From NCBI GenBank assembly GCA_965223295.1, contig CBDCWC010000003.1, positions 1,248,001 through 1,312,000 of the forward strand: a DNA stretch of 64,000 nucleotides, given 5' to 3'. How positions within the stretch are numbered: the first letter of the stretch is position 1; the number at the start of each line of letters is the position of its first letter. Made by a program: the position numbers and the translations under genes. The notes beneath the pieces were generated by a model, which saw only the letters and a program-made list of their open reading frames with translations, searched no databases and was not told the DNA's origin. The DNA is from Nitrospirales bacterium. GTDB lineage: Bacteria; Nitrospirota; Nitrospiria; Nitrospirales; UBA8639. Positions 9,531-19,479 of the stretch are shown here, piece by piece.

Positions 9531-9565
9531 CGGAAGAACAGGGATACAATATCCCTGTTCTTCCG
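9531..9565. terminator. 16-bp perfect hairpin after the lipoprotein gene
   Basis: CGGAAGAACAGGGATA-CAA-TATCCCTGTTCTTCCG; followed by an A-run rather than a U-run. Confidence 0.5.
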
Positions 9566-9724
9566 AAAAAAAGTATTTCTCCAGAACCGCTTCTATATTA
9601 TTCAGAGACCCGACACGGATGATTTCTTCACGTCGTGAAAATCTCACCCAGCCTTGAACAACTTCCCCAACGAAACCTGTAGTCTTTCTTTTTTACACCC
9701 AAAAATCGGATTCCTTTTTTTCTA

Positions 9725-10513
9725 ATGGACGTGTATTTATTACTGGCCCTGTTGTCAGGTGGAGTAGTCGGGCTCCTGCTCGGAGCGACGGGTGGAGGCG
9801 GGTCCTTAGTAGCCATACCCTTGTTAGTCTATGTCGTAGGAATTCCTGTCCAAAAGGCGAGCGCGATGTCGTTAATTGTGGTGGGCTATTCCGCTTTGTT
9901 TGGAGCGTGGCAGGAAAACCGTTTCAAACGAGTTCACATCCCTGCAGCCCTTGTGTTTAGTTTGACTGGAGTCTTTGGTGCATGGATTGGCGCGCAAGGG
10001 CATCAACTGGTTTCTGAAACCATTGTACTATTTTTGTTCGGTAATTTATTGCTCTTTATGAGCGTATGGACCTTTTGGCAACAACAAAATGATGAGAGTC
10101 AGCATACGATGTCAGGATGTGCCAAACATTTTTCCTGGCCTTGTGCATTTAGGGCATCTGCAATTGGATGGGGCGTAGGATTACTCACTGGATTTTTTGG
10201 AATAGGAGGAGGGTTTCTTATTGTTCCAGCTCTCATGATCCTTTTAGAGTTTCCCATACGACTTGCAATCGGTACGTCATTTTTGATTATCGCCCTTATT
10301 TCGATAGGTGGGGTATTCGGACATTTGCATTTAGCCTCGTTGGATTGGCTCTTAACGGGGTTAGTGTTAATTGGAAGTGTCCTGGGGTTAGTCTTTGGGT
10401 CCAGAGTAACACGGTCTATTCCCTCTCATCATTTGAGACGATGCATTGCGATTCTGATTGGTGCCATCGGATTTGGGTTAATCCTCGATAATGGCTGGCA
10501 TCTTATCTTTTAA
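9725..10513 (+). CDS. tauE: TauE/SafE family sulfite exporter
   Basis: Two repeats of GxxGxGGG..VP.L (GATGGGGSLVAIP, GFFGIGGGFLIVP), AIGTS motif, about 8 TM helices. Confidence 0.85.
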   Translation: MDVYLLLALLSGGVVGLLLGATGGGGSLVAIPLLVYVVGIPVQKASAMSLIVVGYSALFGAWQENRFKRVHIPAALVFSLTGVFGAWIGAQGHQLVSETIVLFLFGNLLLFMSVWTFWQQQNDESQHTMSGCAKHFSWPCAFRASAIGWGVGLLTGFFGIGGGFLIVPALMILLEFPIRLAIGTSFLIIALISIGGVFGHLHLASLDWLLTGLVLIGSVLGLVFGSRVTRSIPSHHLRRCIAILIGAIGFGLILDNGWHLIF

Positions 10514-10734
10514 GACACGAAGCCTATGGTCACGAAAAGATAGCGGCTTCTCTCAATGAGCTTGCCAGGTTTCAGCCTGGCAGTGGAGACCCTTTTGCCG
10601 AAATCCGGCAACTCTCAGGAACGCCAATACTGGATGATTGGAGCCATAAAGGTGAGATAAAAATATAGGAAGTCAAATGGAAGACGTATATTGGTGGATT
10701 TTGCAAGATTCGAATCGATGGCCCGGCAAAAAAA

Positions 10735-11805
10735 TTATGAAGGAATTTTTTCGTCTTGGACGGGTCGAAATAACAACATGACATCGCCTGCTTCCAGTTG
10801 TTGCCCGTCTTGAAATTCCCAGGGCGATAAAGTGGAGCCATGTCGATAGACTCTGAGTAACACGTCTGGCTGTAAATCTTTAGCGGTTTTTCCCACATCG
10901 TCTCCTTCCACCGTTCGCTCGATGATATTGACGTGTCCACCAGCCGTCAGAAAATCCTCTAAATAATCGGCCAAGTATTTTTGATCGACTGCAGCGGCTA
11001 ACATATATCCCCCATAGGTGGCGGGTGAAATAATGGTTTGCGCGCCTCCTTGGCGGAAGAGTTTGACATTTTCTTCTTCCTTCGCACTCACAATCACTCG
11101 ACATTCAGTATTGAGATTTCGAACCGTTAATAGAATGAGCGCGTTCGTATCATCCCGGCCGGAGGCAATAATAATGGCTTTGGCTGCTCTCAAGAATGCG
11201 CCATGTTGTAAGAGCCCTTCTTGAGTCGCATCGCCTTTAAGAGCGACCACTCCTAATTCGACAGCCGTTCGCACTCGCTCGTCTCGGGGATCAATGACAA
11301 CGATATGTTCAGGATCAGTTCCTTTTGCGAGTAATTCTTTGACCGCCGAATAGCCAGTGTGGCCAAAGCCACAGACCACCACATGCTGGTTCAGATTTGA
11401 TTGAAGTTTTGCCATGCGAAATACCTCAGTAAATTTTCGAAGTGCGAGTTGATACGCTGTGCCTAAGAAAATGATCCAAATAAAAATTCTGACCGGTGTC
11501 ACCACCAGGGCATCAATCATTCTAGCCCGAGGTGTCACCGGGACAATGTCTCCGTACCCAACAGTGGTGACGGTTACCATCGTGAAATACACGACATCGG
11601 TGAACGACATGTGGTCATCGCTGTGATCTTTTAGTCCCTCACGATCGAGCCATAGAAGTCCGATCAACATGCCAAACAGGAAAAAGACCATCCCCAGTCT
11701 GATCAACAAGGTACGAATGGGGTCCAGATCCGAGGGCACGTAGACCACCCGCCTTAAGAAAAGTGAGGACTTCGGGGTCGATTTGGTTTTAAAAGGAAAG
11801 GCCAT
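10735..11805 (-). CDS. 2-TM potassium channel with RCK/TrkA-N domain
   Basis: TTVGYGD selectivity filter, CGFGHTG Rossmann motif, GDAT. Confidence 0.9.
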   Translation of the reverse strand: MAFPFKTKSTPKSSLFLRRVVYVPSDLDPIRTLLIRLGMVFFLFGMLIGLLWLDREGLKDHSDDHMSFTDVVYFTMVTVTTVGYGDIVPVTPRARMIDALVVTPVRIFIWIIFLGTAYQLALRKFTEVFRMAKLQSNLNQHVVVCGFGHTGYSAVKELLAKGTDPEHIVVIDPRDERVRTAVELGVVALKGDATQEGLLQHGAFLRAAKAIIIASGRDDTNALILLTVRNLNTECRVIVSAKEEENVKLFRQGGAQTIISPATYGGYMLAAAVDQKYLADYLEDFLTAGGHVNIIERTVEGDDVGKTAKDLQPDVLLRVYRHGSTLSPWEFQDGQQLEAGDVMLLFRPVQDEKIPS

Positions 11806-11825
11806 GAAGTTTTTTGTTGTGAAAA

Positions 11826-13640
11826 CTACCCACTGAGTGGCCAGAATATGACGAGCAGAGGAAGCGATACCGCAAGAATTAATATTTCTAGTGGTAATCC
11901 CATCCTCCAATAATCTCCAAATCGATAGCCGCCAGGCCCCATGACTAGTAAATTATTTTGATGGCCAATAGGCGTCAGAAATGCGCAAGAGGCGCCAATG
12001 GCCACAGCCATGAGAAAGGGGTCGGGGTTGACGCCAAGGTTTTGGGCAACTGCGAAACTAAATGGGGCCATGACCACAGCGGTGGCTGCATTGTTCATGA
12101 CATCAGATAACAACATGGTGAACACCATGATCAGGCCGAGCAGGAGTATCGGGGAGTAGTCAGTTAGGACATTCACCAGAAATTGAGCTAAAACCGTTGT
12201 AGCCCCACTGTGTTCTAATGCTCCGCCGATGGGAATCATGGCGCCAAGTAACACGAGCACAGGCCAATCAATTGTTTGATACACATCTCGAGGAGAGACA
12301 ACAGTCAGGAGCACCATGCCTAACGCCGCACAGATCAAAGCAATCGGTAACGACACAAATCCCATGATGGCACTAGCCAGAGCTACACCAAAGAGTCCTC
12401 CGGCCAGCCAAGCTTGGCCGGATTTCATCAGCTGAATGCCTCGTTCAGCTAAGGGTAAGCATCCGAGAGAGCCGATGACTTCTAATACGACATCTTTTTC
12501 GCCTTGAAGAAGTAGCACGTCACCAGCCTTGAAGCGAAATTCTTTGAGCCGTCCGCGATACGGTGTTCCCTGTCGTGACACACCTAACAACGAAACGCCG
12601 AAACGGCTTCGGAGTTTTAACGTACCGGCTAATCTTCCCACGAGCCAAGAACGGTCAGGAGGCACGACGGCTTCCAACAATACCTCATCCTTTATGACTG
12701 GAGACTTTTTAGCCGGTTCGGATTCAAGCATCTCCTCTTTGGCCTGGGTTCCCGTTAATTCAAGACCTAATGCCGAGACAAATTTTTTGATGCCTTGAGG
12801 CCCTGCCTCCAGGACTAACACATCTCCGACTTGAATGTGCTCACGCCAGGCTGCCCCTCGAATAGATTGCTCCGCTCGAATGAGCCCAATAATTAAAGCA
12901 TCAGAATCTTCCGTTGCGGATTCCAATTCGGAAAGGGATTTCCCGATGGCTTTAGAATTCTCTGGAACTTTGACTTCGGTAAGATATTCCTGGATGTGGA
13001 ATAAGTCCTGTGGGGCATTTTGGGATCGCCGAGCAAGAGGAATAAGATGCCAGCCAATCAATGCGACAAAGATAATTCCGGCGACCGCGACCACTCCGCC
13101 GACAGGAGAAAAATCAAACATCCCAAATGGCTGTCCGGTTATTTCCGCACGGTAGTTGGCCACGATGATATTAGGTGGAGTGCCAATTAACGTCGCCATC
13201 CCACCAAGTATGGTTCCAAAGGCCAGAGGCATCAGAATGACGGCAGGAGAACGTTTTGCTTCAACAGACGATTGAATGGCGACGGGCATGAGCAAGGCTA
13301 AGGCTCCGACGTTGTTCATGATGGTGGAAAGCATCCCACCAACTCCTGCTAAACCGACAATATGTAACGTTGGTGAGGAAGTTGCCCCTTTGATAGAGCG
13401 GGTGAAAATTTCTACTGCTCCTGTATTACTCAGGCCGCGGCTAATAATCAACACTGCCGCCACGGTTACCACGGCAGGATGACCAAATCCTAAAAACGCT
13501 TCATCAGAAGGGACATATCCCAAAATGACAGTCGTTAATAAGCCAGCGAGCGCCACCAGGTCATAGCGCCATCGCTCCCAGACAAACAATACGACCAAAA
13601 TGCCAAGAAGGCTTATGAGAAAAATTTGGTCAGCATTCAT
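11826..13640 (-). CDS. SLC13/DASS family permease with TrkA-C domains
   Basis: TLIGTPPNI, MNNAATA and FLTPIGHQNN...GPGGYRFGDY motifs; central TrkA-C repeats. Confidence 0.9.
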   Translation of the reverse strand: MNADQIFLISLLGILVVLFVWERWRYDLVALAGLLTTVILGYVPSDEAFLGFGHPAVVTVAAVLIISRGLSNTGAVEIFTRSIKGATSSPTLHIVGLAGVGGMLSTIMNNVGALALLMPVAIQSSVEAKRSPAVILMPLAFGTILGGMATLIGTPPNIIVANYRAEITGQPFGMFDFSPVGGVVAVAGIIFVALIGWHLIPLARRSQNAPQDLFHIQEYLTEVKVPENSKAIGKSLSELESATEDSDALIIGLIRAEQSIRGAAWREHIQVGDVLVLEAGPQGIKKFVSALGLELTGTQAKEEMLESEPAKKSPVIKDEVLLEAVVPPDRSWLVGRLAGTLKLRSRFGVSLLGVSRQGTPYRGRLKEFRFKAGDVLLLQGEKDVVLEVIGSLGCLPLAERGIQLMKSGQAWLAGGLFGVALASAIMGFVSLPIALICAALGMVLLTVVSPRDVYQTIDWPVLVLLGAMIPIGGALEHSGATTVLAQFLVNVLTDYSPILLLGLIMVFTMLLSDVMNNAATAVVMAPFSFAVAQNLGVNPDPFLMAVAIGASCAFLTPIGHQNNLLVMGPGGYRFGDYWRMGLPLEILILAVSLPLLVIFWPLSG

Positions 13641-14019
13641 ATAGGAGGGAAATATTGAATAATTCAATCTGCGGGGGTGATTCTAGAGAGACGAGACTGG
13701 AAAAGGTGACTCTTGCCACAACATTGAGAGTCATCACATCGGTGATTTAACCAGGTTGCCGACGTAAATTCAAACAGCGATGTTCTTCGATTGGGCGTGA
13801 AAAAGGAAAACGGGAGGGGGCATGCTTGTGGAATCGAATCTGAGCAGCCGTCCTGACGGTTATCTGGCTCGTCTAAGAAATGTCAAAAATGCCAAGAGCA
13901 TCATCATATTTTTGACACCTTTCGTGAATCTGATGTCACGAGGTCATTGTTCCTCACAGGACAGGCTTGACTCCCAAAGAAATTGTTCTTTGGGAGACCT
14001 GATGTGGAGGATACGGGTG

Positions 14020-14247
14020 TTAGGCCGTTAATCGAGCAACCGGAGTCCGCGGCGCCCGTCGAAGCCGTTTCCGGAACGGGATCACTTGAGCCTGTACTGG
14101 AGTCGTTCGATGACGATTAATGACCGGATCTGTTAGATTCCCGCACATGACGCATCGGTAGGCTCGAATCCAGAGCTCTCCCATGCCTCCTTTTACATCC
14201 AGGCAATCATCAACCACCATCAATCCGTTGCAACGTGCACAATTCAT
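14020..14247 (-). CDS. small zinc-ribbon-like hypothetical protein (MNCARCNGLM...CVMCGN)
   Basis: Two CxxC pairs; AAGGAGG RBS before ATG 14247. Confidence 0.75.
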   Translation of the reverse strand: MNCARCNGLMVVDDCLDVKGGMGELWIRAYRCVMCGNLTDPVINRHRTTPVQAQVIPFRKRLRRAPRTPVARLTA

Positions 14248-14302
14248 AACTCTCCCTCCTTTGAAAGCCTCCTGCTTCCCATGATCTCCATAGGCGAGTG
14301 TG

Positions 14303-14318
14303 TGCATCATGTATGCCC
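14303..14318 (-). promoter_or_regulatory. sigma54 -24/-12 promoter
   Basis: Minus strand GGGCATACATGATGCA (GG-N10-GC), ~55 bp upstream of the zinc-ribbon gene. Confidence 0.5.
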
Positions 14319-15029
14319 AGAACCTGTGGGCATTAAAAAAACAGCTAAAGTATGAGGTGTGTATGACTGCGGAAAATGAAGAGGGGAAACAATCTACCTA
14401 TATGAATTTTTGGAGTCTACAACATTTTGTAGGAAAAAAAAAGAGCAGACGCTTATTTTGTGTATAACATAAAAATAAAATTTTTTTCTACTTTCTGACA
14501 AATAGAAAGGCACATACCAAAAAATCTTTTTTTTGGGACTCTTGATAATGCCATGAGTCATAGAAGGATTGTAGAGAACTTTGTCAGACCCGTTAATATT
14601 TTGACAACACTGGACCTTTCAATTTCTGGAATAATTCTCTGAGGGGAAAGGACCAATCTCTCTGGTACTTTTTCTGATTTCCTAGTAGCTGGGTAAAAAC
14701 ATTCTGAAAAATTTTCTGATAGGGAAGGTGATCAGAAGGAATAGAAAATTGTGGAGACCATGTTGGAGCAGTCCATGTCTTCATGTCTTGACCTGTTCCT
14801 GAAATACTTGTTGAGGGGGAGAAGTCATGATTGGATCAGTATTCCTGAAAAAGAAAACCCACAAAATCGGTAAAAGTCTGAAATGTTTGTGAGAATCAAT
14901 TCTTGAAGGTTGTCAGTCTAACCCTGACAACTTTCCCATTGACTCCTAACTTGAGTGGATAAAAATAGGACAAAATAGTAGTTCGACAGGAAAGAAAACA
15001 GGGTGAGAACGCGCATGGCTTATCTTATC

Positions 15030-15220
15030 GGGGCTGTTGAAAAAAGCTGCCAGCAGCGTTCTCGCCCTTTTTCCGTGCTCACGTCATGCCAGGACGCTCC
15101 GCGCGCAACAATGGATGCGGCCTTGCTGGACAGCCTTTTTTGAACCGCCCCGAACCTTTTGATCGCCCTCGGCTTCTTGGCGAAATATGACTCTTGATAT
15201 CATCATTATTCAACAATCTC
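15030..15220 (-). mobile_element. MITE-like repeat, copy 2 (191 bp)
   Basis: Near-identical reverse complement of copy 1; TTATC direct repeat on both flanks (15025-15029, 15221-15225). Confidence 0.85.
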
Positions 15221-15251
15221 TTATCCTGAACGGTAGGGCATTTGTATTAAA

Positions 15252-16367
15252 CTAAGAGATCGGATGAAACCCAGGGCCACGAGGTAATCCATCAGTTTTG
15301 AACATCAGCACATCAAAAGCGCTTCCTAAACGGGTACGGCTAGTTAACATATCAACTTCCTGTTGTCTGGATACCGAATCCTTACCTGTCCCGACATAAC
15401 CCTGAATCCCGAGGTTTGTCAGCCAAGTCCCTTGTGGTTGCCAGCCTGCTAACTCCATCCCTACAGATGCCGCGTCAGAAATGACAGCGGTAAAATCGAT
15501 ATCCGAAGTCATATCTTGTTGCCCTACCGCAAAAAACGGATCATGAATTTGTCGTTGTTGATAATAGTAGCGCATCCTTCCGTTTCGATGATGATATGAA
15601 TAAAGATTTGACGCTTTGTCACCATAGTCCACAAAAATGATATATCCAGGCTTTGTGACACGGGCAAGATCCTGGAGAAACGGCTGAAATTCTAAACAGA
15701 TTTCTGCGAGGTGCCCTCGCCCCAAACAAATTTGTTCGTCTTGCAAACGGTCAAGTAATTTTGATGTGGAGACCTTACCAGGTTGTTCACAAAATTCTTC
15801 ATTGTCATCAAGGTCCACAAATATTTCACAGATTTGGTCATTTTGTATTCCCATCACACGGTGGACGGGAAAAGCATCCAGGATTTCATTGCCAAACACA
15901 ACGGTTTTTCCCGGCTTGAGTTCTTCCAAGGTTGCGATGGACCTCAACCCCCTCTCTGCTTGTTTGGCTCGCAACCCAGAACTCGTTTCAAGAATCACAT
16001 ATTCGTGAGAATCAGTTAGGAACAAGGAGATTTGTGATCCCAACTGTCCGGTTCCTCCTCCAAGCTCTAGTATTCGAAGCGGACTTCCCAGAGTTTTAGC
16101 TGCTTCATGAATGGCCTGAGCTACAGCAAATGCGAAGGCCGGGAATTTGGCATTAGTGTCAAACGGACCTATAGAACTACTGATGGAAGGCGCCAATGTA
16201 TAAAATCCGTGCGTTTCATGAAAAAGTGCAGCGGCCATAAAATCGCGAAAGGTCATCGGACCCTTTGCACGAATTCTGTCCTTTAACAATCTGGCGAGTT
16301 CAGTATCTAGGCGTTGCAAGATAAAATCCTGCCGACAAGAGTCGTGAGACCGAAAAGCTTTCGACAA
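15252..16367 (-). CDS. SAM-dependent methyltransferase, MidA/NDUFAF7 family
   Basis: GPMTFRDFM...GFY, ELGGGTG, NEILDAFP, DYG, QDMTSDIDF motifs; start uncertain. Confidence 0.85.
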   Translation of the reverse strand: MSKAFRSHDSCRQDFILQRLDTELARLLKDRIRAKGPMTFRDFMAAALFHETHGFYTLAPSISSSIGPFDTNAKFPAFAFAVAQAIHEAAKTLGSPLRILELGGGTGQLGSQISLFLTDSHEYVILETSSGLRAKQAERGLRSIATLEELKPGKTVVFGNEILDAFPVHRVMGIQNDQICEIFVDLDDNEEFCEQPGKVSTSKLLDRLQDEQICLGRGHLAEICLEFQPFLQDLARVTKPGYIIFVDYGDKASNLYSYHHRNGRMRYYYQQRQIHDPFFAVGQQDMTSDIDFTAVISDAASVGMELAGWQPQGTWLTNLGIQGYVGTGKDSVSRQQEVDMLTSRTRLGSAFDVLMFKTDGLPRGPGFHPIS

Positions 16368-16421
16368 ATAGTAGCGGAAAAAAGGAGAATCGAAAGTTTA
16401 TGAATGTGTAGAAAAAGAGAT

Positions 16422-16452
16422 AAAAAAAGGGTGCCTTCTAGGCACCCTTTTT
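16422..16452. terminator. bidirectional intrinsic terminator
   Basis: AAAAAAAGGGTGCC-TTCTA-GGCACCCTTTTT. Confidence 0.85.
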
Positions 16453-16476
16453 CTCAAACCCGAACGAATGGTCGTC

Positions 16477-16827
16477 TTAGTTAATAACTGTTGAGGTAGC
16501 TCCTGCCGGATTAATGGGAACTTTGTTCATGGTATCGGTTTCGGGCAACCGACCAGCACCCATGGATTTTTTAATCCGTGCACGGTTTGGATCACTGACT
16601 TTATTCATGGCTGCGTCAGCCCCATAGCTCTGAGCTTCCTGAAGAGTCTTTGTTCCTACAGCGTTCGTCTGGCCGGGATCATTGGCCGTGGCTTGGCCGG
16701 TCGCCGGAGACTTGCCTTGAGCCGGATAACCGGGATGCTTGGGTAGCAAACCTGGGTTGGCGAATGCCATGGATACCGCAAAACAGCTGGCGCCCACCGT
16801 TCCAAGAATAATTCCAATTGCTTTCAT
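16477..16827 (-). CDS. secreted hypothetical protein
   Basis: Signal peptide ending AFA, AAGGAG RBS, own promoter and terminator. Confidence 0.8.
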   Translation of the reverse strand: MKAIGIILGTVGASCFAVSMAFANPGLLPKHPGYPAQGKSPATGQATANDPGQTNAVGTKTLQEAQSYGADAAMNKVSDPNRARIKKSMGAGRLPETDTMNKVPINPAGATSTVIN

Positions 16828-16919
16828 AAGACCGCTCCTTTGTTAGTTATAACGGGTTAACAATAGAAAAGGGTCACAATTTGGTATATGTGATCTTCAA
16901 TTTTCACTGGGAGAGCGGA

Positions 16920-16948
16920 ATCTTAGGCAGATTGGGCGGTGGTGTCAA
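16920..16948 (-). promoter_or_regulatory. sigma70 promoter
   Basis: TTGACA-17 bp-TAAGAT on the minus strand upstream of 16827. Confidence 0.7.
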
Positions 16949-16988
16949 GCCTATAAGCAGAAATGACTAAGAATATGGCCGTTTGCCC

Positions 16989-18806
16989 TTATGAATCATT
17001 CCCACTCGTGCGGCGGGCCGGACGGCGGGATCGATAAGGCGTCCGGGGTTTCGGAGCTGGCATTAAGATTGTGACAGTGGTGCCCTTGTCCGGTTCACTC
17101 GCTATCCGAATTTGCCCCTGATGTTCTTCCACCACTTTTTTCACAGTGGCTAAACCCAATCCGGTTCCTGAACGCTTGGTGGTGAAATATGGCTCAAATA
17201 CTTTATCCACAAGTTCTGGCGGAATAGGCACCCCGTCATTGGCAATCACTATCTGGAGTTCAGGTTTTCGGGCACGAGTCAGCATGACATCCACGCGCAA
17301 ATGACCACCGGGAGACATGGCTTCGATGGCATTCTTAAAAATACAAAGAAACACATGCTTCATTTTTATTTCGTCCCACCGAACTTGGGCCAACCGGGCG
17401 GGGACTTTTTTGACGACTTCAATACGATTAACGCGCAAATCAGTAGACACTAACGACAACGCGTCATCCAATAAATCCTGAACCCGGCACATTTTTCGAT
17501 CAAGCTCCAACGGTTTGGCAAAATCCAAAATTTCATTCAACACCGTCTCCATCCTGATCATATCCCGCATGGCATTTTCCACACGAGTTTGGGAATCAAA
17601 GTCCAGTTCTGAATCGGTGGTAATTTCTTCTAGTTGTGCTCGAATAAACCCAATGGGTTCTCGAACTTCCGTGGCTAGAAACGAACTGACTTCTTGAAGG
17701 GCCACCCGTCGTTCTTCCCGGCGGACATCTCCTGTTGGATTCACTGGCGCGGATTTGCCTTTGGCTTTTGGCCGATCTGTCTGAACAGGAACGGATTCCA
17801 ATACCGACAAATGACAGGAGGGATCTTCGAATAGCTCCACGAGTTTGGCCGTCACAGGCTCAAGACTTTTGGGATCACTTCCATTATGGTCAAACTGGTT
17901 AGGATTTTTTGAGGCTAACATGACCGTGCCTGCCACGCGGCCTCTCACAAAAAATGGGATAACAATGGTGGAAGAAAATTTATCTTTGTAGATTTGTTTG
18001 TAGTCGTGAAAGCGGCCCTGAGTTGATGCGAGATTATTATCACTCCTGGCCTTTCGATGACGGACTGACCAACCCGATGCTGAATCATCTAAAGAAAGTT
18101 GTTGCCCTGGACTCAAATCACGTTTTTGGGTTCCCATGACCCCAAGTACCTCCAGAGAAGCGGCGAGTGGGTCATAAATTGTCACCCATCCCCGGTCGAA
18201 GGAAATTCCGCCATTCACTTCCGCCAAAATATTCGCAATCCGTTCCTGCACATCTGCATTCGTATAGGTTCGAGTGACCGCCACAGGCTCTTTGCTATCT
18301 GGAAGCCCGAGTGGTTCGTTTCCGACAACGGGAGTGCCCAAAATCAAAGAAGAGCCAAAGAGTCCGGCTTTTTTCAACTCTCCAGTAATAAAATTGACAT
18401 TAGTGGTGAGAGTCGTTTTCTCTCGTTTCGTCAACGCCACATTTTCCCGTCTGGCAAGAACCAATGTCCCGTAGACTCGTCCGCCAAATTTTAAAGGAAG
18501 TGCCAGAGCGACTTTACTGCCAGGCGTAATCATTCTGAGACGAAGAACATTATTTAGCTCAGGCCCTCCAGAAGCATTCCTGGGGCTGACTCCTTTTAAT
18601 TCTTCCACCGACAAGGCACGGAGAATGGCTCGAATCTCTCGCAGGGAGAACCCGCGGGAGACTTGTTCAACCAAAGGTCCCCCTTCCAGGGTCATGATGG
18701 CAATCAACGCGGCTTCCATCCCAACTTCGTTAATCGCAGAAGTCAGAATTTTTTGGAGCGTACTCTGTTGTTTTGTTGCCAAAGTCGATTCAAGACGGTC
18801 GGACAT
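16989..18806 (-). CDS. GAF-domain sensor histidine kinase-like protein with degenerate H box
   Basis: Two GAF-like regions, DHp-like helix (LATEVREPI), N box KNAIEAM, F box VFEPYFTTK, G2 GTGLGL. Confidence 0.8.
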   Translation of the reverse strand: MSDRLESTLATKQQSTLQKILTSAINEVGMEAALIAIMTLEGGPLVEQVSRGFSLREIRAILRALSVEELKGVSPRNASGGPELNNVLRLRMITPGSKVALALPLKFGGRVYGTLVLARRENVALTKREKTTLTTNVNFITGELKKAGLFGSSLILGTPVVGNEPLGLPDSKEPVAVTRTYTNADVQERIANILAEVNGGISFDRGWVTIYDPLAASLEVLGVMGTQKRDLSPGQQLSLDDSASGWSVRHRKARSDNNLASTQGRFHDYKQIYKDKFSSTIVIPFFVRGRVAGTVMLASKNPNQFDHNGSDPKSLEPVTAKLVELFEDPSCHLSVLESVPVQTDRPKAKGKSAPVNPTGDVRREERRVALQEVSSFLATEVREPIGFIRAQLEEITTDSELDFDSQTRVENAMRDMIRMETVLNEILDFAKPLELDRKMCRVQDLLDDALSLVSTDLRVNRIEVVKKVPARLAQVRWDEIKMKHVFLCIFKNAIEAMSPGGHLRVDVMLTRARKPELQIVIANDGVPIPPELVDKVFEPYFTTKRSGTGLGLATVKKVVEEHQGQIRIASEPDKGTTVTILMPAPKPRTPYRSRRPARRTSGNDS

Positions 18807-19077
18807 GCAAACAATTCCTCTCTATTCGCGCAAGATATTTAGACTGTGTAATCTTTCAAAAAGAGCAAAAAGGGTTCATTCTCTTGTTGAGCCGTTCGGA
18901 AAGCTTTGAGGAGAGAGAAAAGTATTCCTTCATTAGGGCATCCCTAAAAACTGTCCTTTTCCCCGATGGCAGCGTCAGCGTCGTGCTCAAATCCTCATGT
19001 ATTGGCCCATACACTCCGGTTTTCTGCGCGCCGCTTCCTTGCCCTCAGAAAAAATCATCAGTTTTTAGAGGTGCCCA

Positions 19078-19479
19078 TTAATTAATGTGTCGGATTTTAC
19101 GACCTGACGGGGAGCGACTCACCATTTCAATTTGGCCTTGTTCCGAAATCCAAATGTTCAGGATGGAACTCACAATACTAATGATGATTGCACCACCCAC
19201 AGCTGGCCAGAATCCGGACACCAGAAAGCCTTTTACCAGGCCTGAAACCATATAGAGTAAGAAGGCGTTGATAAAGACCATGAAGAGCCCCAAGGTGACC
19301 AAAATAAATGGAGCAGACAACAGGTATAAAATGGGACGAATAATCGCATTTAAAAACGACAGGATGATGACAGCTACCACTCCGGACCCCAGACTCATGA
19401 TTTCAATTCCCGAAACGATTTGGCTTGCCAACAACACCGCGAATCCAGTGATCCCGCATCTGATCAGAAATCCCCTCAT
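19078..19479 (-). CDS. YvlD-like membrane protein (annotated as phage holin family)
   Basis: LNAIIRPIL..LSAP..LVTLGLF..FINA signature, 4 TM helices. Confidence 0.85.
   Translation of the reverse strand: MRGFLIRCGITGFAVLLASQIVSGIEIMSLGSGVVAVIILSFLNAIIRPILYLLSAPFILVTLGLFMVFINAFLLYMVSGLVKGFLVSGFWPAVGGAIIISIVSSILNIWISEQGQIEMVSRSPSGRKIRHIN

Noticed and set aside
13822-14031. 69-aa ORF with a GGAGG-like RBS
   Set aside because: No recognisable motif, overlaps the convergent zinc-ribbon gene end and runs through the hairpin cluster
19078-19479. Phage holin family label as a sign of prophage
   Set aside because: YvlD-like proteins are common chromosomal genes; no endolysin, integrase or structural genes nearby
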